From contig CAWDOJ010000011.1 of the NCBI GenBank assembly GCA_963803825.1, positions 211,170 through 275,169 on the forward strand: a stretch of DNA of 64,000 nt, written 5' to 3'. The notes beneath the pieces were generated by a model. It ran no database searches, was not told the DNA's origin, and saw nothing but the letters and a program-made list of their open reading frames with translations. Numbering within the stretch: the stretch's first letter is position 1; every line of letters starts with the position of its first letter. Positions 9,174 to 19,390 of this stretch are shown one piece after another. This DNA comes from an uncultured Verrucomicrobiae bacterium. Its GTDB lineage: Bacteria > Verrucomicrobiota > Verrucomicrobiia > Chthoniobacterales > JAATET01. The translations under genes and the position numbers were made by a program.

Positions 9174-9922
9174 ACCCCAAAGAACGCGAAGATTTCGAAT
9201 GCTTTTGACCGCAGATTACGCGGATTTACGCAGAGAATTCCTGATTAATCCAATCCTCACCCGTATCATCCGCGCAATCTGCGTAATCTGCGGTCCTATT
9301 CCTTCCCGTCCTTGAACATCTCCATCGTCCGCTCTCGCTTCTCCTTGGGCCGCCCGAATCCGGTAGACCGCGAAGAGCGCGGCGAATTCGAATCCTTTTG
9401 ACCGCAGATCGCGCGGATTACGCAGAGAATTCCCGGGAACTCCGGTCCTCACCCGCATCATCCGCGAAATCTGCGCAATCTGCGGTCTTATTCCTTCCCG
9501 TCCTCGAACATCTCCAACGTCCGCTCCCGCTCCTCGTGAGCCGCCCGAATCTGGTAGACCCCAAAGAACGCGAAGATTTCGAATGCTTTTGACCGCAGAT
9601 TACGCGGATTACGCAGAGAATTCCTGATTAATCCAATCCTCACCCGTATCATCCGCGCAATCTGCGTAATCTGCGGTCCTATTCCTTCCCGTCCTTGAAC
9701 ATCTCCAACGTCCGCTCTCGCTTCTCCTTGGGCCGCCCGAATCCGGTAGACCGCGAAGAGCGCGGCGATTTTGAATCCTTTTGACCGCAGATCGCGCGGA
9801 TTACGCAGAGAATTCCCGGGAACTCCGGTCCTCACCCGCATCATCCGCGTAATCTGCGTAATCTGCGGTTTCAATCCTTCCCGTCCTTGAACATCTCCAA
9901 GGTCCGCTCCCGCTCCTCCCTG
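9156..9922. repeat. higher-order tandem repeat, 4 units of 191-193 bp in A-B-A-B order
   Basis: Units start at 9156, 9349, 9540 and 9732 (gccgcccgaatc...). A1 versus A2 and B1 versus B2 are about 95-99% identical. Each unit holds a 27-nt-arm hairpin (for example gaccgcagattacgcggatt... 9207 to ...aatctgcgtaatctgcggtc 9295) plus a copy of the photolyase 3' end with a stop codon. Confidence 0.9.
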
Positions 9923-11269
9923 TGGTCGACCATCGGAGCCGGGTAGCCCTTCGCCAGCCCCTTTCCATCCTCCGGCGGCCCGAAGAAACGTTTTGCATCC
10001 ACGTCTCGCAACTCCGGCACCCATTCCCTCACGTATTCCCCCCGCTTGTCGAAGCGCTCGCCCTGCGTCCACGGATTCTGAATCCGAAAATACGGTGCCG
10101 CGTCCGCGCCCGTCCCCGCGCTCCACTGCCAGCCCCCGTTGTTACTCGCGATCTCGCCGTCGGTGAGTTGCTGCATGAAATAGCTCTCCCCCTTGCGCCA
10201 ATGCACGTGCAGGTCTTTCGTTAAAAACATCGCCGTGATCATCCGGCAGCGGTTGTGCATGAATCCCGTCGCCGCCAACTGCCGCATCGCCGCGTCCACG
10301 ATCGGAAACCCCGTCTCGCCCGCCTTCCATTTCTCGAAATCGGAGTCCGTCCCCGGCCACTTCACCCCGCCGTAACGCGGGTTGAAATCCTCGTCCAAGA
10401 CCTTCGGCCAATGCCAGAGGACCGCCTGATAAAACTCCCGCCAGATCAGCTCGTTCACGTAGGTCTCCGCCCCCTTCCGCCCCGACGCACCCCAGGCTCT
10501 CCGCCCGCTCCGCGCTCCGCTCGTAAACCTCCCGCGCCGACAGCAGCCCCCACCGCAAATCCTGCGACAGCCGCGATGTCGTGTCGCCCGGACGGCGTGT
10601 TCCGCGTCTGATCGTAGTCCCCAATCCCTCCACTCACCCAAGCCGTCAGCCGTCCCCGCGCCGCCTTCTCTCCCGGCTCGATGATGCTCCCGTTCGCCTC
10701 TCAGCCCCCAGTGCGCCAGCGAGGGCAGGTCCAGACTCTTCACGTTGTTCGGCGAATCCAGCTTCCGCAGCCGCCCCGCCGCCTTCCGCTTGTCCAACTT
10801 CCGCCAAGCCTTGGAATAAGGCGTGTAGACCTTATACGGCTCGTCACTCCCGGTCAGCACCTCGTCCCGCTCGTGACAGCAGACATCCTTGAAACAGCTT
10901 CAACTCGATCCCCGCCTCGCCCAAGGCCTTCCCCAGCCGCTCCTCGACGGCCCGCCCAAACGGATCCGGATCGCGGTTCGCGTAGATCGCCGCCGCCCCG
11001 ACCTCCTTCGCCAGCCCGACCAGCTCCCGCACCTGCTCGCCGCACCGCAGCGTCAACGTGCTCCCGATGGACTGCAAATTTCCCGCCAGCGCCTCGAGCG
11101 ACCCGCACAAAAACTCCTGCCGATGCGGCCCCGTCCACCCGTGCGATTTCGTCCATTCGCTCAGCACGTAGACCGCCACCACCGACTCCCCGTCCCCCGA
11201 AGCCGCCGCCAGCGACGTGTTGTCCGTAATCCGCAAATCCCGCCGAAACCAGTGAACAATCGTCTTCAT
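9871..11269 (-). CDS. phr: deoxyribodipyrimidine photo-lyase, disrupted by four +1 frame breaks (possible pseudogene or local indel errors)
   Basis: MKTIVHWFRRDLRITDN (N-terminus); EPYKVYTPYSKAW; EPGEKAARGRLTAWVSGGIGDYDQTRN; TSRLSQDLRWGLLSAREV; ETYVNELIWREFYQ; FMHNRCRMITAMFLTKDL...QWSAGTGADAAPYFRIQNP. These pieces lie in three different frames, with junctions near 10891, 10700, 10588 and 10490. Confidence 0.85.
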
Positions 11270-11281
11270 GCCTCAAATACG

Positions 11282-11375
11282 AACCACGGATCAGGACGGA
11301 TAAACACCGATAAACACGGATATTTCTTCAGGAATCGCATTCCCCATCCGTGTTCATCCGTGTCCATCCGTGGTT
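11282..11375. repeat. twin-10-mer hairpin element in the divergent intergenic region
   Basis: The left arm has four 10-mers (cacggatcag gacggataaa caccgataaa cacggatatt). The right arm has three (atccgtgttc atccgtgtcc atccgtggtt). The arms are mutually complementary with a ~24-nt loop. Confidence 0.7.
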
Positions 11376-11426
11376 AAAAGCATTTCCGCATCGCGTCGCC
11401 CGCCCCCCATCCCCTAACAATCCGTC

Positions 11427-12207
11427 GTGCCCGCGAAGCCCCGAGCCAAAAAGAAACCCGCCCCCAAGCGCCCAGCCCGCAAGACCAAGCTCCGCACCAG
11501 CCTCGCGCCCTCGCTTCCGGACACCGTCCCCACCCGCTGGGTGAAGTTTCTCGTCGGCCTCTTCCTCCTCCCGCCCGCCCTCGTCCTCACCCAGACCTTC
11601 TTCACAGCCTTCGCCCGCGCCACCGTCCACGAAGCCTTCTGGGCCACCGAGGAGTTCTGGTTCTTCGGCCTCGGACTCGTCCTCTGGCTCGTCACCTTCG
11701 TCGCACTCCCCCGCCCCACCCTCGTCTACGTCTTCGGCCACGAACTCACCCACGCCCTCTGGGTCTGGTGCATGGGCGGCCGCGTCAGCGCCTTCCAGGT
11801 GACCGAACGCGGCGGCCACATCCTCTCCGACCGCATCAACACCTGGATCGCCCTCGCCCCCTACTTCTTCCCCATCTACAGCCTCCTCGTCATCGCCATC
11901 TACGGCGCCCTCGGCCTCGCCTTCGACCTCACGCCCTTCCGCCCCGTCCTCTTCATGCTCATCGGAGCCACTTGGGGCTTCCACCTCAGTTTCACCCTCT
12001 GGATGATCCCCAAAGGCCAGTCCGACCTCCACTACGGCGGCACCTTCTTCTCGCTCACGATCATCTACACCCTCAATCTCGCCATCCTCGCCGTCTTTCT
12101 CGTCGTCGCCTCGCCCAACCTCACCCTCGCCGACCTTCGGGCGCGACCTCCTCGACAACGCCGTCACCGCCGCCGTCGCCGCCACCGACCTCGTCCAAAA
12201 CCGCTGA
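11427..12207 (+). CDS. polytopic membrane protein with HExxH motif (putative zinc metalloprotease-like); probable +1 break near 12135
   Basis: Lys/Arg-rich N-terminus, about 6 hydrophobic segments, and FGHELTHALWVW. After ~12135 the listed frame turns Arg/Pro-rich, whereas frame 1 reads FGRDLLDNAVTAAVAATDLVQNR then TGA at 12205-12207. Confidence 0.5.
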
Positions 12208-12236
12208 AACCCGACCGCTCCAATCTGCTCGCCCAC

Positions 12237-13335
12237 TTGGCCGATCTCCAAACCGCCCACGGCGGCACGATCCCGGTCGAATCCTACGTCCGTGAGGCCC
12301 TCTACCACCCCACCTTCGGCTACTACTCGCAAAACATCCGCACCGTCGGCCGCCGCGGCGATTTCTCGACCACCGTCACCCTCGGTGACGCCCTCGCCCG
12401 CGCCCTCGCCCGCTGGCTCGCCATCAACCGCCCCGCCGACAAAGCCCCCTGGCACGTCATCGAGGCCGGACCCGGCACCGGCGAACTCGCCGCCGCCATC
12501 CGCAAGCATCTCGGCTTCTGGACCCGCCGCGCCCTCACCTACCACCTCGTCGAAAGCTCCCCCGTCCTCCGTGCCGAACAAAACCAGCGCCTCCGCGGCA
12601 ACGTCCACTGGCACGACTCGATGACCGACGCCCTCGCCGCCTGCAACGGCCACGCCACCATCTTCTCCAACGAACTCGTCGACGCCTTCCCGCCCCGAGT
12701 TTACGAACTCCGCGCCGGCCGCTGGCACGAAGTCGCCGTCCAGATCCAAGACGGCAAAATCTCCGAACTCCTCCTCCCCGACCGCCCCATCCCCGCCACC
12801 TCCATCTTCGACCAACCCCACCCCGAGGGCCAACGCGTCGAAGTCCACGTCACCGCCGCCGAGTGGCTCGCCAACTGGACGCCCGCCTTCTGCGACGGCC
12901 AGAGTCCTCACCATCGATTACGGCGACACCGCCGACCACCTCTACCACCGACGCCCCCGCGGCACCCTCCGCGCCTACTGCCACCACCAGCGTTTCGAAG
13001 GCCTCGCCGTCTACCACCGCTTCGGCAAACAAGACATCACCGCCGACGTGAACTTCACCGACCTCCAAAACTGGGGCGAGAAGCTCGGCTTAACGACCGA
13101 GACCCTCACCGATCAGACGCACTTCCTAGCCGAACACGGCACAAAACAAAAGACCACCCCCCACGACGCCGCCCTCGCCGACCACACCGGAGCTGGCACC
13201 GCCTTCAAAGTCCTCATCCAAAAGAAGACCACCGGGCAGCCCCCGGGTCTTCGTATCTGGCCGCAAGGCCAGATTCGGGGAGAACAGGGTTGCCTTCGGC
13301 GGTCTCCGCTTCGCTCCGGCTCCAGCCTGTCGTGA
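12237..13335 (+). CDS. MidA/NDUFAF7-like (COG1565) class I SAM-dependent methyltransferase; +1 break near 12900; start uncertain (12204-12237)
   Basis: SYVREALYHPTFGYYS...GDFSTTVTLGDALARAL...VIEAGPGTGELA...FSNELVDAFP, then in the next frame RVLTIDYGD...RAYCHHQRFEG...GKQDITADVNFTDL. No in-frame ATG; candidates are CTG 12204, CTG 12225 and TTG 12237. Confidence 0.7.
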
Positions 13336-13363
13336 CGGGTCCGGCAGCTGCCGGACCCGTCAC
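13332..13363. terminator. 32-bp perfect palindrome between convergent genes (candidate bidirectional terminator)
   Basis: gtgacgggtccggcag|ctgccggacccgtcac. The plus-strand TGA (13333-13335) and the minus-strand TGA (13360-13362) both lie inside the arms. Confidence 0.45.
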
Positions 13364-13942
13364 AATTTCACGCGAGTGCCCCGCGAAGCGGCACGAGTGC
13401 GACGCCGCCGCCACAAGACGACCCCGCCGATCGCAGCCATCATCCATAAGCCTACCGTCCCGGATTCCGGAATTGCGGCGACGGTGATCGGTGAAAAATT
13501 CGTTCCAACCCTAAGCGGAATGCTGCCACCGATCAGCCGCTCCAGCGCAGCCATCTCCCCGGCGGAAGCATCTCTATAAGAATAGACCTCCGAAACCACA
13601 CCACTTAGGGACGCCGGTCCCGCCGGATTCAAGTTGATCGAGAAGCTCCACGTTGCCAGTCTCATGCAACTCGAATCGCGCCGAGAACACGCTCCGATTC
13701 GATTCAAACGCCCCCGTCACGTCCGCCGTGAAGCGACCTCCGGAAATCCCCTCGGGCGTGTCCCAGAACGCTTCCCCGAACCCCCCAAGCGACTGGTCGA
13801 CCGTTGTGCCGCTGTCATTCCCGCCAAACGAAAATTCTTTTGCCATCGTATCCACCCGCAAGACCAACTCCGCCCGGCCCGCAAGCGTGGCACCGACCAT
13901 CAAAGAAATTGCGATCAGAATGGCACGAAACGATGAGATCAT
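13360..13942 (-). CDS. PEP-CTERM-like sorting-signal protein; +1 break near 13645
   Basis: N-terminal signal MISSFRAILIAISLMVGATLAG. The C-terminus, in the second frame, reads ITVAAIPESGTVGLWMMAAIGGVVLWRRRR: a PEP-like motif, a TM helix and an Arg cluster. Confidence 0.55.
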
Positions 13943-14024
13943 GGTTTCGTTTTAGGCAGAATTTCCCACTCGGTCAAGCAACGCCCCGAAGTGCCGATCT
14001 CCAACCCATCGCCCGCATCCCCTC

Positions 14025-16208
14025 TCAACCTTGACCCGCTCCAGACCCTACCCGCCGCCCCAGCAACGCCCGCATCACGTGCAAATGCTCATACGTCACC
14101 GCCTCCCCGCACCGATCCTTCACGTCCCGCAACATCGCCGAAAAATTCCCACCGAACGCCCGCTCGATCTCCGCCCGCAGTTCCACCGGCACCGTCCCCT
14201 CCAGATCGATCTCCTCCCCGTCGCCCCAGGCCGCGATGAGGTGTTTGATCACCGTCCCCACCTTCACCCCGCGTCCGTCTGCGATCTCCGCCACCGTTTC
14301 CCCCCGACCAAACGCTCCGACCACCTCCATCGTCGCATCCCCGACCGACACTCGCGGCGGTCGCGGCGCCACCGCTTGCGGCGCGTCATCCTCAAATTCT
14401 CGCCGCCCATTCTCCCCCACGAACCCCGCGATCCGCTCCAGGAACGTGTCCCCAAATTCAGCCGCCTTCTTCTCCCCCACCCCCGGCACCCCCAAAAAAT
14501 CCCCGCTCGTCGCCGGATACGCCCGCGCCAGATGCCGCAAAGTCAGGTCCGAAAAGATCATGTAAGGCGGGATCCCCCGCTCGCTCGCGATGTCCCGCCG
14601 CAGCCCCCGCAGGTCCTCGAACAATCCCTCGTCGAAGCCAAATTCCTCGGCCCCCTTGCGCCGCACTGCGGTCACCTTCGTCGCTTGCTGCGTCACCCGG
14701 ATCTCGCGCCGATCCTTCAGCGCTGCAATCCCCTCGTCGGTGATGTCCACCGTCGCAAACTTCTCCTCCGACCGCGCCGCCAGGCCCATCCGGATCAGCT
14801 CCCCCGCCAGCCCCTTCCAGTACTCCGCCGGCCGGTCGTTCCCCACGCCGTACACCGTCAACTTTTCGTGCCCGCGCTTGCGCACCCCCGCCGTGTTCGC
14901 CCCGGTGAGCACTTCGACCACGTGATTCAGTCCAAACGCCCACCCGCTCGCTTGCCGGATCCGATACAGCGCCGATAAAAATTTCTGCGCCGCCACCGTC
15001 GCGTCCACCTGCTCCCGCGGCGAGAGACAGTTATCGCAGGCCCCGCAATTCTCCTCCGCCCACTCCTCCCCAAAATACCCCAGCAGCGCCCGCCGCCGAC
15101 ACACCGACCCCTCGGCAAAGTCCACCAGCTGATCCAGCTGCCGCTGCGCCACCCGCGCCTCGTCCGGATCCTTCTCCTCGATGAACCGCTTCTGCTTCAC
15201 GATGTCCCCCCGCCCGTAGAGCAGCACGCATTCGCTCGCCAACCCGTCGCGCCCAGCGCGCCCCGTCTGCTGGTAATACGCCTCGATGCTCCCCGGCAGA
15301 TCGTAGTGCAGCACGAACCGCACGTTCGGCTTATCGATCCCCATCCCGAAGGCAATCGTCGCGCAGATCACCTTCACCTCGTCCCGCACGAATCGCTCCT
15401 GGTTCCGCGACCGCACCGCCGCGTCCAGCCCCGCGTGGTAGGGCAAAGCCGACACCCCATCCCGCTTCAATTTCTCCGCCACCGACTCGCAAGCCTTCCG
15501 CGACGCACAATAGATGATCCCACTCTCCTTCCCCTTCCCGAGCACAAATTCCCGCACCTGCTCGTAGGCCCCCGCCTTCGCCGTCACCCGATACGACAAG
15601 TTCGGCCGATTGAAACTCGCCACGTAAACCGACGGCTCCCGCAGCCCCAGCAGCCGCACGATGTCCGCCCGCACCCGCTCCGTCGCCGTCGCCGTGAGCG
15701 CCATCACCGGCACGTCCGGAAACGAATCCCGCAGCTCCGCCAGCCGCCGATACTCCGGCCGGAAATCGTGCCCCCATTCGCTGATGCAATGCGCCTCGTC
15801 GATCGCGATCAACCGCGGCGACCACGACTTCACGTCCGCCAGGGTCCCCTCCAGCAACAACCGCTCCGGTGCCAGATACAGCAACCGATACTCCCCGTTG
15901 TGCAACCCCCGCAAGCGCCGCCGCGCCTCGTCCGAGTCCAGCGTCGAGTTGAGATAAGTCGCCGCCACCCCATTTGCCACCAGCGCATCGACCTGATCCT
16001 TCATCAGCGCGATCAGTGGCGACACCACCACCGTCAGCCCCTCCTGCATGAGCGCTGGCATCTGGTAACAAAGGGACTTCCCGCCACCCGTCGGTAACAG
16101 TGCGAAGACATCCTTCCCCGCCAGCGCATCGCCCATGATCTCCGCCTGCAATGGCCGAAACGCATCGTACCCAAAGACCTCCTTCAACTTCGCCCGCAAC
16201 GCCTTCAT
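14025..16208 (-). CDS. recQ: ATP-dependent DNA helicase RecQ
   Basis: The ATG at 16208 gives [21 protein letters not shown]. Also [14 protein letters not shown] (Walker A), [15 protein letters not shown] (DEAH box), a Zn-finger region [12 protein letters not shown]...CGACDNC, an HRDC-like region and a C-terminal HTH. Confidence 0.9.
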   Translation of the reverse strand: MKALRAKLKEVFGYDAFRPLQAEIMGDALAGKDVFALLPTGGGKSLCYQMPALMQEGLTVVVSPLIALMKDQVDALVANGVAATYLNSTLDSDEARRRLRGLHNGEYRLLYLAPERLLLEGTLADVKSWSPRLIAIDEAHCISEWGHDFRPEYRRLAELRDSFPDVPVMALTATATERVRADIVRLLGLREPSVYVASFNRPNLSYRVTAKAGAYEQVREFVLGKGKESGIIYCASRKACESVAEKLKRDGVSALPYHAGLDAAVRSRNQERFVRDEVKVICATIAFGMGIDKPNVRFVLHYDLPGSIEAYYQQTGRAGRDGLASECVLLYGRGDIVKQKRFIEEKDPDEARVAQRQLDQLVDFAEGSVCRRRALLGYFGEEWAEENCGACDNCLSPREQVDATVAAQKFLSALYRIRQASGWAFGLNHVVEVLTGANTAGVRKRGHEKLTVYGVGNDRPAEYWKGLAGELIRMGLAARSEEKFATVDITDEGIAALKDRREIRVTQQATKVTAVRRKGAEEFGFDEGLFEDLRGLRRDIASERGIPPYMIFSDLTLRHLARAYPATSGDFLGVPGVGEKKAAEFGDTFLERIAGFVGENGRREFEDDAPQAVAPRPPRVSVGDATMEVVGAFGRGETVAEIADGRGVKVGTVIKHLIAAWGDGEEIDLEGTVPVELRAEIERAFGGNFSAMLRDVKDRCGEAVTYEHLHVMRALLGRRVGSGAGQG

Positions 16209-16462
16209 GCCGGGGACCCTATCCAAGGATTTACCCACCAAGCCAGCAAGTTGACTCGCTCGCTCCCGGTCGGCGTTGCGGGCCCAACCGCTCTGCCCCT
16301 CGGACTGCGCTTCTGAGCCGACGCAGCCCGCCGCGAGCCTCCCCAAGCTCCGGTTCTCACGGAGCGGCAAAGTCCAATCGCTGACCCCGCCAGAGGGCGA
16401 AGATTCCAACTGCACTCACAACCACCCACCCCACCCCCGCCGATCCCATCCCAACAGATTCC

Positions 16463-17569
16463 ATGCCCGACGCCACCGCCCCATCTCCCGTAGACCGCGC
16501 CCAGATCGCTCGCTCCGTCGCCGTCACGACCCTCATGGTGCTCGCGGTGCTCTACACCCTCTTTTTCGCCCGCGCTCTCATTCTGCCCGTCGTTCTCGCC
16601 CTTCTCCTCAGCCTCTTGCTGACCCCTATCGTCCGCTTTTTTCACCGAAAACTTCACGTCCCCCCTGCGGTCGGGGCGGGCGTGGTGCTTCTCTCTCTGC
16701 TCGCCTCCATCGGCCTATCTGTCGTCTTCGCCGTGCAACCCGCTGCAGATTGGATTCAGGACCTACCGTCTCGCGTCCCGGACATCCAGCATCGCCTCAA
16801 CGCCCTGCGCGCTCCGTTCGAGAGGTTCAGCGAAGCCTCCGAGCAGGTCCAGGACATCACCTCTTTCGACGAGGAAGAATCCACCCCAGCCGTCACCGTC
16901 GAGGATGAAGGTGCGCTCAGCGGAATCCTCATGTATCGGACCCCCGCCTTCCTCGCGAACATCGTGGTCATGTTCATTCTCCTCTATTTCCTCCTCGCGT
17001 CCGGCGACCAATTTCTTCGGAAGATCGTCCGCATCGTCCCCCGATTTCAAGACAAGCGCCGGGCCGTCGAGATCGCCAACGACATCGAGAAGCGCATCGC
17101 ATCTTACCTCCAGACCATCACCATCATCAACTTAGCCCTCGGTGGTTGTCTGAGTCTTGCCGCGTGGCTCATCGGCCTGCCGAACGCCCCGCTCTGGGGC
17201 ATCCTTGCCTTCTTGCTTAATTTCATTCCGTACCTCGGCCCTCTCCTCGGCACGGCCTTCGCCTTCATCATCAGCCTCCTCACGTTCGAATCCATCGGCC
17301 ACGCTCTAGCTCTCCCCGCCGTCTACATCGCCCTCAACATCGTGGAAGGCAACTTCATCACCCCCCTTATTCTCAGCCGCATTCTCACGCTCAACACCGT
17401 GATCGTTTTCCTTTCCATCATGTTCTGGACTTGGCTGTGGGGTATCCCTGGCGCGCTTCTCGCCGTCCCGATTCTCGCCACTCTCAAGATCGTCAGCGAC
17501 CACATCGACTTCCTCCGACCCGTCGGCGAATTCATCGGCGACGAGTCTTCGTCCGAAAAGTCGTCTTGA
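16463..17569 (+). CDS. AI-2E (PerM/YhhT) family transporter
   Basis: About 8 hydrophobic segments. Conserved C-terminal block: FIPYLGPLLGTAF...EGNFITPLILSRILTLNTVIVFLSIMFWTWLWGIPGALLAVP. Confidence 0.8.
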   Translation: MPDATAPSPVDRAQIARSVAVTTLMVLAVLYTLFFARALILPVVLALLLSLLLTPIVRFFHRKLHVPPAVGAGVVLLSLLASIGLSVVFAVQPAADWIQDLPSRVPDIQHRLNALRAPFERFSEASEQVQDITSFDEEESTPAVTVEDEGALSGILMYRTPAFLANIVVMFILLYFLLASGDQFLRKIVRIVPRFQDKRRAVEIANDIEKRIASYLQTITIINLALGGCLSLAAWLIGLPNAPLWGILAFLLNFIPYLGPLLGTAFAFIISLLTFESIGHALALPAVYIALNIVEGNFITPLILSRILTLNTVIVFLSIMFWTWLWGIPGALLAVPILATLKIVSDHIDFLRPVGEFIGDESSSEKSS

Positions 17570-17654
17570 CGTCCCGCGCCCCTGACCGGTCCGGCCTCAA
17601 TCGCGGTGATCGCCGGCTGTCGGTTTGCGGAGGCGGATTCTCGCTAGCTAGCCT

Positions 17655-17683
17655 TTGACTTACCTGCGACCCGCGGGCATAGT
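17655..17683 (+). promoter_or_regulatory. candidate sigma70-type promoter (TTGACT-17 nt-CATAGT)
   Basis: ttgact at 17655-17660, a 17-nt spacer, and catagt at 17678-17683, which is 11 nt before the ATG at 17694. That would leave a very short leader. Confidence 0.2.
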
Positions 17684-17693
17684 TTAGAACCAA

Positions 17694-19328
17694 ATGGCAA
17701 CGGCACCTCTGCGAGCGGACGAAGGCGAGCGGCTCCGCATCCTTCGCGATCTCAACATTCTAGATACCGATCCCGAAGAACGCTTCGACCGACTCACGCG
17801 CGTCGCTCAAATGGCGACCAATACGCCCACGGCCCTCGTGAGCCTTGTCGATCACGAACGCCAGTGGTTCAAGTCCCACCTCGGGCTGGACGTCTGCCAG
17901 ACCCACCGCTCAGATTCATTCTGCTCCTACGTCGTTCACGACCGACTTCCGGTCGTCATCAACGACGCGACGCTCGACCCCCGCACCGCCGACATGACGA
18001 TCGTCGTCGATGCGCCCCGCATCCGAGCCTACGCCGGCTACCCACTCTTCAGCCCGACCGGGCACTGCCTCGGCTCGCTCTGCGTCATTGACTACAAACC
18101 CCGGGACTTCTCCAAAGCCGAGCTCGCGGTGGTCCGCGACCTCGCTTCGGTCGCCGAATCCGAGATCATCCACCTCGAGACATCCGGCTTGATCGCCGAC
18201 CTTGCCACCGCCCGAGACGCGGCCGAACGCGCGACCAGCGCTCAGCGTCGACTCACCGCCACGGTCGGGCACGAGATCCGCACCGCCCTCAACGGCATCG
18301 TCGGAGTCAGCGAACTCGTCGAGAGCGGGTCGCCCATCAACGATTCCGCCGGTGTCCTCAAGAGCAGCAGCCACTCCTTGCTCCACCTCATCGACGAGCT
18401 ACTCGACTACTCGAAGCTCGCCGATGACCGCCTCCTCCTCGACCCGCAACCGACCGACATCCGCGCGGCGATCAATTGCGTCGTCGACACCATTCGCACC
18501 CACGCCCGACCAGGCGTCGCCGTTCGTTCCGATTGCCATCGCGATGTCCCCCCGTGGGTCCTCTGCGACTCCCTCCGCCTCCGCCAAGTTTTGCTCAACC
18601 TTCTTGGCAACGCCGCCAAATTTACCCGGGTTGGGTCGATCACCGTTTTCGTCCGCCAAGCCGCCGCTCCCGACGGCGCGCTCGAGTTTGAGGTCGCCGA
18701 CACCGGCGAAGGCGTCACCCCTGCAGAAGCGGAACTTCTCTTCGAACCTTTTGCCCAAGCCAATCGTGGGATCGCGAGCCGCTCCGGTGGCACGGGATTG
18801 GGACTCACGATCAGCCGCGATCTCGTCCAACGCATGGGCGGAGCCATCCGCTTCGAAAGCGAAAAAGACGTCGGCTCCACCTTCAACTTCTGGATCACCG
18901 CTCCCGCCACCGAGCAGCCGGAGAGTGCCGCCGCCGCACCCGCCGCGCGCTCAAGCGATCGCAGCCTTCGTCTCCTGGCCGCCGAGGACAACCGAACCAA
19001 TCGCAAGCTGCTCGCTGCGATGCTCACGAAGCTCGGCCACACCGTCGACTTCGTCGAGACGGGCCAGGAAGCGATCGATCACTTAGCGGACCCACCCCGC
19101 TGGGACTCCGTCCTCATGGACATCGGTCTTCGCGATCTCGATGGCCTGACTGCCACCCGCGCCGTCCGCGCCAACGAGCGAGCGGCCTCCCGCTCACCGA
19201 TCCCCATCATCGCCATCACTGCGGACCTGAGCTTCTCCACTCGCGAAGCCTGCTCTCAAGCTGGAATGACGGGGTTTCTGCCCAAGCCCATCACGCTACG
19301 TTCACTCGCAGAAGCCCTGACCGCCTAG
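17694..19328 (+). CDS. GAF-domain hybrid sensor histidine kinase / response regulator
   Basis: N-terminal GAF (ERFDRLTRVA...ALVSLVDHERQWFKS...GSLCVIDYKPR); H-box VGHEIRTALNGI; HATPase (LGNAAKFT, DTGEGV, GGTGLGLTI); C-terminal REC (RLLAAEDNRTNR...VLMDIGLRDLDG...ITAD). Confidence 0.85.
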   Translation: MATAPLRADEGERLRILRDLNILDTDPEERFDRLTRVAQMATNTPTALVSLVDHERQWFKSHLGLDVCQTHRSDSFCSYVVHDRLPVVINDATLDPRTADMTIVVDAPRIRAYAGYPLFSPTGHCLGSLCVIDYKPRDFSKAELAVVRDLASVAESEIIHLETSGLIADLATARDAAERATSAQRRLTATVGHEIRTALNGIVGVSELVESGSPINDSAGVLKSSSHSLLHLIDELLDYSKLADDRLLLDPQPTDIRAAINCVVDTIRTHARPGVAVRSDCHRDVPPWVLCDSLRLRQVLLNLLGNAAKFTRVGSITVFVRQAAAPDGALEFEVADTGEGVTPAEAELLFEPFAQANRGIASRSGGTGLGLTISRDLVQRMGGAIRFESEKDVGSTFNFWITAPATEQPESAAAAPAARSSDRSLRLLAAEDNRTNRKLLAAMLTKLGHTVDFVETGQEAIDHLADPPRWDSVLMDIGLRDLDGLTATRAVRANERAASRSPIPIIAITADLSFSTREACSQAGMTGFLPKPITLRSLAEALTA

Positions 19329-19390
19329 GGACAGGTCGACCTCGGCCGACCCGTTCGGTCGTATCGCCCTGCGGGTAAGCCACCCGTCAG

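Noticed and set aside
9380-9400. A tRNA T-arm-like string, gaattcgaatcc (also near 9770).
   Set aside because: No acceptor, D or anticodon stems can be built around it, and it is part of the B-type repeat unit.
9156-9922. Possible CRISPR array.
   Set aside because: The units are about 192 bp, and the sequence between the conserved cores is itself repeated (A-B-A-B). There are no unique spacers and no cas genes in the window.
9488-10126. A 212-aa ORF running through the tandem repeat array on the minus strand.
   Set aside because: Its sequence is simply the repeat units read in frame (QITQIARMIRVRIGLIRNSLRN recurs). It merges into out-of-frame photolyase sequence.
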